A program made the translations under genes and the position numbers. From positions 3,680,001-3,744,000 of the forward strand of contig OZ253442.1 in assembly GCA_965261085.1 (NCBI GenBank): a stretch of 64,000 nucleotides of DNA, given 5' to 3'. Shown here piece after piece: positions 1 through 9,909 of this stretch. The notes under the pieces are model-generated. The model was given only the letters and a program-made list of their open reading frames with translations. It was not told the DNA's origin and made no database searches. Each line of letters opens with the position of its first letter. The first letter of the stretch is position 1. Origin of the DNA: a bacterium. GTDB taxonomy: Bacteria > UBA8248.

Positions 1-364
1 CCCTGAAATCGGCCATCAGGCCGCCGTACTCCATCTGTCCGGGCGTGAACGCCGTCATCGAGAGCACGCGCGCGCCGGCTCCGATGGCCTCACGCGTCGC
101 CCGCGTATGGGCGAGGGCGTGGGTGACGGGCAGAAAAACCACGTCGGACGCCCGCATCGCTTCGGCCACGGCGCGCGGCGGCTCCTCGTTGTCGATGCTT
201 CTGGGCGGGCATACGGCCATCGTCGCCCGTGCGCCTTGGTTCTGCGCCTCGGCGCAAAGGGCCTGCGCGATGGGGAGGCGTTCAGAGTCGGTGACGATGA
301 GCACGTCCTCACCATTCTTCACGCCGGCGCAGCCGCCCACCAAAATTTTCGCGCCTTTTTTCAT
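1..364 (-). CDS. M29/aminopeptidase T-like protein, N-terminal part (runs off window start)
   Basis: Manual translation from ATG 364: MKKGAKILVGGCAGVKNGEDVLIVTDSERLPIAQAL...EEPPRAVAEAMRASDVVF, typical of leucyl aminopeptidase T-like N-termini. Confidence 0.65.
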   Translation of the reverse strand, partial: MKKGAKILVGGCAGVKNGEDVLIVTDSERLPIAQALCAEAQNQGARATMAVCPPRSIDNEEPPRAVAEAMRASDVVFLPVTHALAHTRATREAIGAGARVLSMTAFTPGQMEYGGLMADFR

Positions 365-521
365 CGAACATCCCTTACCTTCGAGCGATGAAGGCGGCGT
401 CGCCGACCCCGGTTCGCCCGCAATATCCACTCCGCAAAATCCCGAAATCCCGCCGGGGCTTCAAAGGCGTCTTTGCGCTACGATGCTTGCCCGTATAAGT
501 GTAGGAATCTACACCAGGGGA

Positions 522-1373
522 ATGAGCGAGGCGAGCATGAGCGAGAGAAAACGCGCAATTCAAAAATCGGGCATCGGCCGAAAGCGCCTGATGGATATCT
601 ACGAGCGCCTGTACGCGCGCTTCGGCCCGCAGGATTGGTGGCCCGGCGAGACGACGCTCGAGGTCTGCCTGGGAGCCATTCTCGTCCAGAACACCTCGTG
701 GGCGAACGCGGCGCGCGCGATCGGGAACCTCAAAAAAGAAGGCCTCTTAACGGAGGGCGCGCTCAAGAAAGTGCGCAAAGATCGCCTCGCCCGCCTCATC
801 CGACCCGCGCGGTTTTTCAACATGAAGGCCAAGAGGCTAAAGGGTTTCGTCTCTTATCTCTGGAAACACTTTGAGGGAGACGTGGACATATTCTTGAGCC
901 TGCCCACCGAAAAGCTGCATGAGGAACTCTTAAGCCTCGACGGCGTCGGGCGCGAGACGGCCGATTCCATCACCCTTTACGCCTCCGGGAGGGCGGTGTT
1001 CGTGGTGGACGCCTACACGAAACGCATATTTTCGAGGCTCGGGCATTTCGAGGCGTCAAAAAACGGGGATAAGGACTATCTCGCCTTACAGGAGAGCCTC
1101 ACGGCCCACTTGCCCCGTGAGGCCCCTCTTTTCAACGAATACCACGCCCTGCTCGTGCGTCTGGGGCACACCTGCTGCCGCCCGAAGCCCAAATGCGAGG
1201 AATGCCCGCTCCAAGCGGTCTGCCCGTATCCCGGAAACGACACGCGCCGGAATGACGGGAAAGGCAGAAAATCACTCCCCGTTAAGGACCTGAATCACTC
1301 CCCCCTTGAGGGTCATTGCCGACCAAAGAGGGAGGGAATGTCGAAGAAGCCGAGCGTTTTGTGCGATGGCTGA
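522..1373 (+). CDS. Endonuclease III-related HhH-GPD DNA glycosylase with 4Fe-4S motif
   Basis: WWPGET..EV.LGAILVQNTSW, HhH LLSLDGVGRETADSI, VVDAYT, C-x6-C-x2-C-x5-C (CRPKPKCEECPLQAVC); start uncertain (522/538/591); last ~25 codons come from a repeat element. Confidence 0.85.
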   Translation: MSEASMSERKRAIQKSGIGRKRLMDIYERLYARFGPQDWWPGETTLEVCLGAILVQNTSWANAARAIGNLKKEGLLTEGALKKVRKDRLARLIRPARFFNMKAKRLKGFVSYLWKHFEGDVDIFLSLPTEKLHEELLSLDGVGRETADSITLYASGRAVFVVDAYTKRIFSRLGHFEASKNGDKDYLALQESLTAHLPREAPLFNEYHALLVRLGHTCCRPKPKCEECPLQAVCPYPGNDTRRNDGKGRKSLPVKDLNHSPLEGHCRPKREGMSKKPSVLCDG

Positions 1374-1778
1374 TGCGGTGGGGGGTCAAACCCGACCAAT
1401 GAGGGGCTGTTGAAAAAGCCTTTGTCAAGGGAGCAACCCCCCTGTCCCCCCTTGTCAGGGGGGTAAAGGCGATGCCCCCCGACGATGGGGGTGGAAGAAA
1501 AGCCCCCCTGACAAGGGGGGACAGGGGGGTTGCTTTTACCAGTCGAAAGGGGTGTCCCCTCTACTTTCTAAAAAGGGGTCTTTTTCAACAACCCCAATGA
1601 GGGAGGGCTTAACCAGGGTGAGGAAAACAGCGGCATGCAATTCCTCGCTCGTCGCTCGGAAGAATTCCTCCTTCCTCAGTCGGAATTCACCCCCCACTGG
1701 TTCGCTTGCGGGCTAACGCCCTTAGCTCACCGACGGACTTTCCCCTCGGAAAGCCCGACCCTCAAGGGGGGAGTGATT
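1294..1778. repeat. Repeat family B (TCACTCCCCCCTTGAGGG...CCCTCAAGGGGGGAGTGA) copy, interrupted by a family A MITE
   Basis: Terminal inverted repeats; internal segments match the intact copy at 10921-11090. Confidence 0.8.
1403..1595. mobile_element. MITE family A (TIR GGGG[C/T]TGTTGAAAAA), 5-bp TSD AATGA
   Basis: TIRs at 1403 and 1581-1595; AATGA at 1398-1402 and 1596-1600; internal CCCCCCTTGTCAGGGGGG hairpins. Confidence 0.85.
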
Positions 1779-1958
1779 TTCCTCTCTAGTCTTGACGTAG
1801 GGCTTCTCGAAGAAGAGAAGCTCTACCTTCAAAGGGAGTGAAAAAATCCGGGCAGGCAAGAACGTCCATTTCCAAGGGATCCTGCGCGCTGGCCTTGATG
1901 GCGGTTTTGTTACTCTTCAGCGTCTTCCGGGAGATACCGGCGCGCATAAATCCCTGAC

Positions 1959-2741
1959 CTACACGACGGCGCAGAAACCACCGTCGATGTTCACCGCCGT
2001 CCCCGTGATGAAAGACGCGGCGTCAGACGCCAGAAAACACGCCATGTTGGCGTATTCCTCGGCCGTTCCCATTCTGCCGAGGGGAATATCACGCCCGTAT
2101 TCGGCGACGAATTCATCAAACGAGATTTCAGGCTTTTCCCGCTCATAGCGCCCCGCGATTTGATCCGTCACGATGCGTCCCGTACAAAGCGAGTTCACCA
2201 GCACGTTGTGCGGCGCGCCTTCGCCCGCCAGCACCTTGGTCATCGCCATGCCTGCGGCGCGCGATACCGAGGTGGGCGCGCTGCCCGCAGGCGGCGCTTT
2301 GCCCGCCACGGTCACCACGTTGATGATGCGGCCCCAGCGGCGCGCCTTCATCGCGGGAAACGCGAGCCGGCAGGTCCTGATGGCGCCGAAGAGCTTGAGG
2401 CCCAAATCCTCCTCCCACATCTCATCGCTTATTTCCTCGAACGGCCCCCGGGTGGAGGTGCCCGCGTTGTTCACCAGAATGTCGATTTGGCCCAGATCAT
2501 CGAGCGCCGAGGCCCACATGGTCTTGATCGCCTCGGCATCGCCCATATCGCACGAATAGGCGAAAACCTTGCCTCCCGTGGCGGCTTCCATCTCCCGTTT
2601 CGTTTCATCGAGCACGTCGGGCCGCCTCGCGACGATGCCCACCTCGGCTCCTGATTCAGAGAATTTGAGAGCCATGCCCCGGCCCATGCCTCGGCTGGCG
2701 CCCGTGATGAGCGCTTTTTTTCCGTCCAGACGAATATCCAT
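1959..2741 (-). CDS. SDR family oxidoreductase
   Basis: TGASRGMG, DILVNNAG, FITGTAVNIDGG. Confidence 0.9.
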   Translation of the reverse strand: MDIRLDGKKALITGASRGMGRGMALKFSESGAEVGIVARRPDVLDETKREMEAATGGKVFAYSCDMGDAEAIKTMWASALDDLGQIDILVNNAGTSTRGPFEEISDEMWEEDLGLKLFGAIRTCRLAFPAMKARRWGRIINVVTVAGKAPPAGSAPTSVSRAAGMAMTKVLAGEGAPHNVLVNSLCTGRIVTDQIAGRYEREKPEISFDEFVAEYGRDIPLGRMGTAEEYANMACFLASDAASFITGTAVNIDGGFCAVV

Positions 2742-2856
2742 GGAAAACTCCTCCAGTATGTTTCAGGTTATGTATCCGCAGTAAAACAGGAAGGTCGAGA
2801 ACTTTCATCGGCGCATAGAAGCCCGCCCGGCCCGGAATTCACCCGCCCGGTTTTCC

Positions 2857-4542
2857 TTATGAAATTTTCGGGAGGGGCTGCTCGCGCGTCATGACTTCCA
2901 CGATGGCCGGCATGCCCGCAGAGAGCGCCGCCTCGATGGCATCGTCGAGATCGGCGGGGTCTTCCACCCGCACGCCGAAAGCGTCGAAAGAGCGCGCCAT
3001 CTCGGCGAAATGGGGGCTCTTGAAGTCGCAGCCGTAGGCCGCGCCGTAGAGGTTTTGCTGCTGGCGATCAATCTGGCCGTAGGAGCCGTCGTTCAAGACG
3101 ATCATCACGATGTCGGCGCCGTATTCGCTCGCCGTCACGAAATCACCGATCGTCATCAGAAACGCGCCGTCCCCCACCAGGCCGATGACGTCGCGCTCGG
3201 GATATTCCATCTTGGCGACGATGGCCGTGGGCAGCGCGAAGGACATGGCGTTCCACACGCCCGACTGCATGAAGGAGAACTGGTTCGTGAGCGGCACGTA
3301 GTAGCGCGCGAACATCTGGCAGTTGCCCACGTCGCTGACGACGATGGCGTCGGACTTGATGTGGGTGGCCAGCTTTTCCATCAACAGCGCCGGATGGATC
3401 GGGGTCTCGCTCTCATGGCCTTCGATGACCTTCAAGACCTGCCTTCTCATGTCCGCCTTGCCCTGCGCGATCTGCTCTCTTACTCCATCTCCCGCGCATC
3501 CGCTCTCATCCTCTAAATGGGCTTCCAGGTCGCTTAAGAACATTTTTGGATCCGCGACAATCTCGTCCGCGCCGCCGTAATGCGCGTCCTCCGCGTCGTC
3601 GAAGCCGATGAAAATCCGGTCCCCAGGCGCATAGCCGTCGATGTGCTCCACCTCCGCCGTGGCGGCTCTTAGGCCGATGAACATCATCAGATCACACTTC
3701 GAGGTGACGCCGTTCATAAAGCCTGTGTTCCTGAAGGCGAAGTAATGCCCCACCGCCAGGGGGTGGTCTTCAGGGATAACGCCCATTGCATCCTGGGGGT
3801 AGATGACGGGAATGGAGAATTTATCGGCGACCCGCGCCAACTCTTCCATCGCCCCTTTTCGCATCACCCCCTTGCCCGCGCAGATGACGGGGTATTTCGC
3901 GGCCAGCAGCCTCCGGGCGTACTGGGCGACGTCCTCCGCATTGGGGGCCACGACCTGCGTCGGCTGCGGCGCATATTCGGGCAACGCGATGGGTTCTTCC
4001 TGCAAGAGATGGGGGCTGTAATCGCTGAGTCTCGGAATCTCGACGTGGACCGGCCCCGGCCTCCCGCTTCTGGCGACGTGAAACGCCCTGGCCATGACGC
4101 CCGAGATATCCTCCATCCTCTTCACGCGAACGCTCCACTTGGTGACTTTTCCGAACATCTCGACCAGAAAATCAGGGTCGTCCACCCCGTGGAACGCCTC
4201 GCGCGACGCATCGAGGGGTACTGAGCCCGTGATGTGCACCATCGGCGACGCCGCGCCATAGGCTTGGGCCACGCCCGCGATGGAATTCGCACCGCCCGGC
4301 CCCGCCGTGAGCAGGCATACGCCGGGCTCTCCGGTGAGCCGCCCGTAGGCGTCGGCCATCAGGGAGGCGTTCGGCTCCTGCTTGCAAGTGACGAGACCGA
4401 TGGAGGGCGCTTCCCGCAGCGCGTCGTAGAACTGAAGAAGATGAGACCCGGGAAGGCAATAGAGCCTTTTTACGTTTTCCCTTACGAGCGCGTCTACGAC
4501 GATTTGGCCCGCGTGCGCGGGCGCGCCTACTTCAAAAGCCAT
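2857..4542 (-). CDS. Thiamine pyrophosphate-binding protein (acetolactate synthase-like)
   Basis: LPGSH, E.NASLMADAYGR, GPGGAN, RPGPVHVEIP, GDGAF...LNDGSYG ThDP motif. Confidence 0.9.
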   Translation of the reverse strand: MAFEVGAPAHAGQIVVDALVRENVKRLYCLPGSHLLQFYDALREAPSIGLVTCKQEPNASLMADAYGRLTGEPGVCLLTAGPGGANSIAGVAQAYGAASPMVHITGSVPLDASREAFHGVDDPDFLVEMFGKVTKWSVRVKRMEDISGVMARAFHVARSGRPGPVHVEIPRLSDYSPHLLQEEPIALPEYAPQPTQVVAPNAEDVAQYARRLLAAKYPVICAGKGVMRKGAMEELARVADKFSIPVIYPQDAMGVIPEDHPLAVGHYFAFRNTGFMNGVTSKCDLMMFIGLRAATAEVEHIDGYAPGDRIFIGFDDAEDAHYGGADEIVADPKMFLSDLEAHLEDESGCAGDGVREQIAQGKADMRRQVLKVIEGHESETPIHPALLMEKLATHIKSDAIVVSDVGNCQMFARYYVPLTNQFSFMQSGVWNAMSFALPTAIVAKMEYPERDVIGLVGDGAFLMTIGDFVTASEYGADIVMIVLNDGSYGQIDRQQQNLYGAAYGCDFKSPHFAEMARSFDAFGVRVEDPADLDDAIEAALSAGMPAIVEVMTREQPLPKIS

Positions 4543-4582
4543 GAATCATCCTCTCGTTCATGAAAACGAAATAAGAAAAAAG

Positions 4583-5662
4583 CTACGCGCCTGATTTCTG
4601 GATGTGCGCGCAAAGATAATCGCCCACTTCACGGGTATTCAGCGAGCCACCCAGGTCGGCCGTGATCTTTTTCTCGCGGACGGCGGAGCGTATCGCCTCC
4701 CAGATCAGGTTCGCCGCATCCTCCATCCCCAGGGTGTTCAGCAGGATTCTTCCCGTGAGGCATACCGCAAAAGGGTTCGCGATTCCCTTGAGCGCGATGT
4801 CGGGCGCGGTGCCGTGCACGGGCTCGAACATGCAGACGCGGCCCGGATGAATGCAGCCCGAAGCCGCCAGCCCCACGCCTCCGACGAGCCCCGCGCACAG
4901 ATCGCTCAGGATATCGCCGAACATGTTGTTGGTGACGATAACGCCGAAATCCTCGGGCTTGTACAAGAGATCCTGGCACAGCGTGTCGATGAAGTAATGC
5001 TCCCCCTCCACGTCGGGAAATTCCTCTGAAACCGCCCAGAAAACCCGCTGCCACAGACCGTGCGCGTGAATCAAAGACCCGTGCTTGTCCGCCATGGTCA
5101 CCTTGGGGTAGCCGTGTTTTTGCGCGTACTCGAAGGCGTAGCGGCAGATGCGCGAGACACCCTTGTAGGTGTTGATGTCCTCCTGGATGGCGACCTCATC
5201 GGGCGTTCCCTTCTTGAAGTTGCCGCCCACGCGCACGTTCAGCCCTTCGGTGTTTTCGCGCACGACGACCAGGTCGATGGGAGCATCTTTCTTTAAGGGG
5301 CAGAAATCGGGATGCAGCAGCGGCGCCGGCCGCAGGTTCACGTACAAATCAAGCTCGAACCGAAGGGCGCGCAGGAGATCGCGGCAGTTCACGTCCTTGG
5401 GGATTCTGGGGTCGAGACCAGCACTTCCGAACAGGATGGCGTCGTGCCTGTCCGCGAGGCCCCGCACCAGCCCTTCCACGTCGTCGGGCAGGGGGGTTCC
5501 GTGCTCGATATAGTGGAGCGCGCCGTAGTCATACACTTGCGGTTCGACGGCCACACCCACTGCGCCCGCCGCCGCCTGAATCACCTCCGTCGCCACGGGC
5601 AGCACGTCGTGCCCCACGCCGTCGCCCAGAATCACCGCCATGGAAATCGATTTTTCATTCAT
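4583..5662 (-). CDS. Isocitrate/isopropylmalate (tartrate) dehydrogenase family protein
   Basis: GDGVG, VVRENTEG, NMFGDILSD, FEPVHGTAPDIA..GIANP. Confidence 0.9.
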   Translation of the reverse strand: MNEKSISMAVILGDGVGHDVLPVATEVIQAAAGAVGVAVEPQVYDYGALHYIEHGTPLPDDVEGLVRGLADRHDAILFGSAGLDPRIPKDVNCRDLLRALRFELDLYVNLRPAPLLHPDFCPLKKDAPIDLVVVRENTEGLNVRVGGNFKKGTPDEVAIQEDINTYKGVSRICRYAFEYAQKHGYPKVTMADKHGSLIHAHGLWQRVFWAVSEEFPDVEGEHYFIDTLCQDLLYKPEDFGVIVTNNMFGDILSDLCAGLVGGVGLAASGCIHPGRVCMFEPVHGTAPDIALKGIANPFAVCLTGRILLNTLGMEDAANLIWEAIRSAVREKKITADLGGSLNTREVGDYLCAHIQKSGA

Positions 5663-5675
5663 GAGATTCCCCCGC

Positions 5676-6860
5676 TCACAGGTGCTTGATGACTTTGATG
5701 CGCTGCACGGCGTCGCCTGCCAGATGCGTCCAGACGATCGCGTCGCGAACGAGTTTTTCCACGCCCACGTCCTTCATGACGCCGGCGCCGCCGTGGATGT
5801 CCATGCACAGGTGGGTAACGCGCTGGATGACGTCCGTCGAGAAATTCATGAGCAGGATGTTGTGCTTCATGTCGCGGTCCGCACCCTTTTCGAGGTCACA
5901 CGCGGTGCGCATGACGTAGGAGCGCAGCGCTTCGGTGAGCATGTGCATCTCGGAGAGTTTGAGCTGAATGGCCTGGTGCTCGATGATGAATTTACCGCCC
6001 TGCCAGCGCGTTCTCGCGTGGTGCATCGCCATGTCGACCGCCGCCTGGCACACGCCCAGCGCGTTGGAGGAGAGTTCCAGATCGCCGAATTCCGACGTAT
6101 CGCCTTTTCTCGCCTGAATCCCCCGGTTCACCTCGCCCACCACGTTGGCGTGCGGCACGCGGGCGTCCTCGAAAATAAGCTCCGCGTTCTGGTAAAAACG
6201 CCAGCCTATCTTGTCGTACACCTTGCCCACGCGAAAGCCCGGCGTATCCGTCGGCACCAGGAAGAGCGTGGTGCCCTGCGTGATGGGTACGTCCGGGTCG
6301 GATCTGCCGTCGATGAAGAAGAGCTTGGCCACGCTGCCGTTGGCGATGTAGCGCTTGCGGCCGTTCAGCACCCACTCGTCCCCATCGCGCACCGCCTGCA
6401 GCTTCCAGCCCGTCCGGGGGTCGTCCGAGGGCATGCGGTTGTCAGAACCCGCCGACTCCTCGGTTCCGCCTTTGCCGAGAAGATAGGTGTCGTCCGCCAG
6501 GAAAGGTTTCAGGAACCTGTCTTTCTGATCATCCGTGCAGGCGGCGGCTATCAGGTGGCTCCACTTCCAGCACTGGCTGAAAGTTTTCGATATCGCGCTG
6601 TCGCCGCGCGCGATTTCTTCCATCACCAGCGCCTGGGAGACGAAATCTATCCCGTGTCCGCCGCGTTCCTTGGGCACGACGGCGGTGCGAAAACCGAGCC
6701 GGGAGCCCTTTTTGATAATCTCCCAATCGAAGGTCTCGCGCGGGTCGGAAATCATGTCCCGCGCGAGCGATATGGGAGCGACTTCCTCGGTCGCGAATTT
6801 TCTCGCCTTATCGCGCCACACCTGCTGTTCTTCGTTCAGATTAAAATCCATATAAATCAA
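5676..6860 (-). CDS. Acyl-CoA dehydrogenase family protein
   Basis: TEESAGSD, WVLNGRKRYIANG, ELIFED.RVP, IHGGAG...VEKLVRD. Confidence 0.9.
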   Translation of the reverse strand: MIYMDFNLNEEQQVWRDKARKFATEEVAPISLARDMISDPRETFDWEIIKKGSRLGFRTAVVPKERGGHGIDFVSQALVMEEIARGDSAISKTFSQCWKWSHLIAAACTDDQKDRFLKPFLADDTYLLGKGGTEESAGSDNRMPSDDPRTGWKLQAVRDGDEWVLNGRKRYIANGSVAKLFFIDGRSDPDVPITQGTTLFLVPTDTPGFRVGKVYDKIGWRFYQNAELIFEDARVPHANVVGEVNRGIQARKGDTSEFGDLELSSNALGVCQAAVDMAMHHARTRWQGGKFIIEHQAIQLKLSEMHMLTEALRSYVMRTACDLEKGADRDMKHNILLMNFSTDVIQRVTHLCMDIHGGAGVMKDVGVEKLVRDAIVWTHLAGDAVQRIKVIKHL

Positions 6861-6927
6861 CCCTCATCAATGAAAGAATGGCGGGCCTATTTTAGCCCGC
6901 CCGTATTTTACGGAAATCCACGGGAAA

Positions 6928-8070
6928 CTAGACGGATACCCCCTGGCTTAAGCACAAAAACGCCTCATCCTCCTCATGCACGAGGCCCAGTTCCCTTTCC
7001 ATCTCGCGCACGAGCGGAATCACGTGTCTGCCTACGGTTTCGCATTCCTCGTGCAGGGGGAAGCCCGAGAGTATCAGCAAGTCGATGCCCGCCTGTTCGA
7101 TCTCGATGATCTTCTGGGCGCATTGCGCATAAGAGCCCACGATGGCGACGGCCGAGCCCGAGCGGATGCGCCCCATGCCCGCCCAGAGGTTGGGGGCCAC
7201 CATTTCCTCGCGCGTGCGGGCCTGCTGATCCTTCGTGCCCTGGCTCTCGAAGGAGGAAATGACCTTGCCGCGATGCGCCAACACCTCGGGATCGACCCGG
7301 CTCATCACCTCCTCCGCCGCCTCGAAGGCTTCCTCCTCGGTTTCGCGCGCGAAGATTTGAAAGCGCGTCACGTACTTGAGCGGTCTCTCCCGCCCGGCCC
7401 GTTCGCATTTCTCGTTCATATGCCGGACGCGCCCGGCCACCTGCCCGGGCGTTTCTCCCCAGAACACCGAATACTCCGCCCGCCGGATGGCGATGTCCTG
7501 CGCTATCTCGGAAGCCCCGGCCATGAAGAAGGGGATCCTCGGCTTCTGCACGGGGCGGGGATAGACGGTGGCGTCTTCCAAACGGTAGAACTTGCCCGCA
7601 AACGAGTATTTATCTTTAGTCCAGAGGCCCTCTAAAATTTCGAGATATTCATCCGTGCGCTCATAGCGCGTGTCGTGGTCCAGGGTCTCGCCGTAGTTCG
7701 CGAGCGCGCCGCCTCCCGTCACGATGTTATAAAGAATGCGCCCGCCCGTGAGCTCATCCAGCGAAGCCATCATCCGGGCGCAGATGGCCGGGTCGATGAT
7801 CCCCACCCGAACGGCGAGGAGCAGCTTTATCGTCTTCGTCGCAGGACCGATGACCGCGGCGTTCACCATGCTGTCCCACGTGGGGGCCTGCGGCCCGTAG
7901 TGGCCGCTCACTTGCGAGGTGGGCACCAGGATGGTGGTGAAGCCGCTGCGCTCGGCGTTTTGCGCGATGCGGGTGAAGGTCTCATAGCTCGGGGGATGGT
8001 CGGCGAATTTCTGGCCGATGTACGCGCTGTCGCCGTCACACGACATGTACCATGCAAGTTCTATGGCCAT
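6928..8070 (-). CDS. LLM-class flavin-dependent monooxygenase (SsuD-like)
   Basis: IAQNAERSGF..ILVPT, ASLDELTGGR, HDTRYERTDEYL, PRPVQKP, PNLWAG, ILSGFP. Confidence 0.85.
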   Translation of the reverse strand: MAIELAWYMSCDGDSAYIGQKFADHPPSYETFTRIAQNAERSGFTTILVPTSQVSGHYGPQAPTWDSMVNAAVIGPATKTIKLLLAVRVGIIDPAICARMMASLDELTGGRILYNIVTGGGALANYGETLDHDTRYERTDEYLEILEGLWTKDKYSFAGKFYRLEDATVYPRPVQKPRIPFFMAGASEIAQDIAIRRAEYSVFWGETPGQVAGRVRHMNEKCERAGRERPLKYVTRFQIFARETEEEAFEAAEEVMSRVDPEVLAHRGKVISSFESQGTKDQQARTREEMVAPNLWAGMGRIRSGSAVAIVGSYAQCAQKIIEIEQAGIDLLILSGFPLHEECETVGRHVIPLVREMERELGLVHEEDEAFLCLSQGVSV

Positions 8071-8170
8071 GAGATTCTCTCCGGGTATGTTCCGTTCCCT
8101 TGAATGAGGAGCCAGTATATTCCCCCAGAGGGCGTTTCGTCACTTGAGATCGGCGTTTCGCGCGCGAACC

Positions 8171-9031
8171 TCATCCCTCGAGAAACGCTTCCATCTGGCG
8201 GCGGTAGTCCGCGTCGTTGGTGTATTTTTTCATAAAATCGCCCGTGGGGATGTTTTCGAGATCCTCCGGCTGCGCGCCTTCCCTGAAGGCCTTCAGCACC
8301 GAATAGGCCGCCTGCGCCGCCGCCATGATGGGCTGGTGGCCCTGGAGCGCGACGCGCACGCCCAGACTCCCGAGATAATCCAGCCCGCGCACCTCCTTGG
8401 CGCTCCCGCCCAGTATGATGGGGAGGCTCACCGCCGCCGCGATGGCCTCCAACTGAGCGCGGCTCTGGACGCCCACCACGAAGATGGCGTCCACCCCCGC
8501 CGCCTCATACGCCGTCACGCGCGCGATAGCGTCTTCCGTGCCCGTGACGCGCGGCGCGCTCGTCCTGCCCGCGATGACGAGGTTCTTATCCCCGCGTCCC
8601 TCGAGCGCGGCGCGCATCTTGCCGACGCCCTCCTCAATCGTGCTGAGCTGCGCCCCCTCTGCGCCGAAGGGCTGGGGAAGTATCGTGTCCTCTATCGAGA
8701 GGCCCGCCACGCCGGCGGTTTCGAGTTCCTGGACGGTGCGCTTCACGTTCAGCGCGTTGCCGTAGCCATGATCGGCGTCCACCATCAGGGGAACGTCCAT
8801 CGCGCGGTTGATGCGCAGCGCCTGGCCGGCGAATTCCGTCAACGTCAGCAAGATGATGTCCGGCGCGCCCAGCACGGTGAGCGAAGCGGTGGAGCCTGCG
8901 AACATCCCGAGTTCGAAGCCCAAATCCTCCGCCATGCGCGCGGTGAGGGGGTCATACACCGAACCGGGGTGAACGCATCTGTCGCCTGAGAGTATGGCGC
9001 GAAATTTCTCTCGTCTTGGTGTCCAGTTCAT
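8171..9031 (-). CDS. Isocitrate lyase/PEP mutase family protein (oxaloacetate decarboxylase-like)
   Basis: PGSVYDP, VDADHGYGNALNVKRTV.ELE.AGVAGLSIED. Confidence 0.9.
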   Translation of the reverse strand: MNWTPRREKFRAILSGDRCVHPGSVYDPLTARMAEDLGFELGMFAGSTASLTVLGAPDIILLTLTEFAGQALRINRAMDVPLMVDADHGYGNALNVKRTVQELETAGVAGLSIEDTILPQPFGAEGAQLSTIEEGVGKMRAALEGRGDKNLVIAGRTSAPRVTGTEDAIARVTAYEAAGVDAIFVVGVQSRAQLEAIAAAVSLPIILGGSAKEVRGLDYLGSLGVRVALQGHQPIMAAAQAAYSVLKAFREGAQPEDLENIPTGDFMKKYTNDADYRRQMEAFLEG

Positions 9032-9281
9032 TTTGAATCCATCTCCCGTTCAAAGGTGAAGCAATGCCGCCTCATATGACCTCCCTCCCGCCGTCTGAAT
9101 AGGTGACCCGCACGCTGATTTGCGGCTCGCTCATGCTTCACTCCTGTATGAAGGATTGATGATGACGGTTTCAAGCCGAGGCACTATAGCATTTTTCACC
9201 GCGCCGGCCAGCGTGGTGAGGCGGGGGCGGAATAAGGAATACCGACCGATGGAGGAATTGTTCCGAGTGAGTGATGTTGCC

Positions 9282-9430
9282 TTTGCTCGTCATTCCGGCG
9301 CATGCCGGAATCCAGAGCCGATGAGATGGATATATTGCGGCATTCCATCTTCTCCACATTGTCGGGAATGACGATACAAAACAAAAAACAAAGTCGCTGG
9401 ATTCCGGCATGCGCCGGAATGACGAGCAAA
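9282..9430. repeat. Pair of inverted GTCATTCCGGCGCATGCCGGAATCCAG palindromic (RPE/dRS3-like) repeats
   Basis: Perfect 34-bp inverted pair at 9282-9315 and 9397-9430; each copy is itself a hairpin. Confidence 0.85.
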
Positions 9431-9439
9431 AACAAAAAC

Positions 9440-9487
9440 AGGGCGGACACACAGGTCCGCCCCTACGGCAAACATCGCGCCCCTACG
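9440..9487 (-). repeat. GTAG-family REP element(s)
   Basis: GGGCGGACACACAGGTCCGCCCCTAC, i.e. GTAG plus hairpin on the minus strand. Confidence 0.7.
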
Positions 9488-9536
9488 CGAACCCCGTCAA
9501 TCGAAACGAGGCGAACTCGAGAATTACTCCCCCTTG

Positions 9537-9853
9537 GGGGTTGTTGAAAAAGCCCCCCTGACAAGGGGGGTTGGGGGTCGAACGCGACCGGGGAGGGAGC
9601 GTTCATGGCAAGGAAGGATGGGGGGGAGTCGGAGGGAATAGTACTTTACCCGTCCCGCTCGCCCTCCCTCGGCTGGAAACCAACCCCCCTGGCCCCCCTT
9701 GTCAGGGGGGTAAAGGCCATGCGCCCGACGAGGGGTTTTTTCAACAGCCCCAGGAGCGAGGATTTGTTTGCCGCCCGACGAGGGAAGTATTACGTGCCAG
9801 GGTAGCGAATGCGCCGCAGGCATTTTCCTTTGAGGGGGTTTTTCAACAACCCC
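9537..9853. mobile_element. MITE family A copy (two right ends, 9751 and 9853) inserted in a family B hairpin
   Basis: 9537-9751 nearly identical to 19299-19489; removing it rejoins ACTCCCCCTTGAGGGGGAGT; CTTG duplicated at the flanks. Confidence 0.75.
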
Positions 9854-9909
9854 CTTGAGGGGGAGTGATTCGCCGATATCGGCCCCGTGCATGCGGTAGA
9901 CGACACGCA

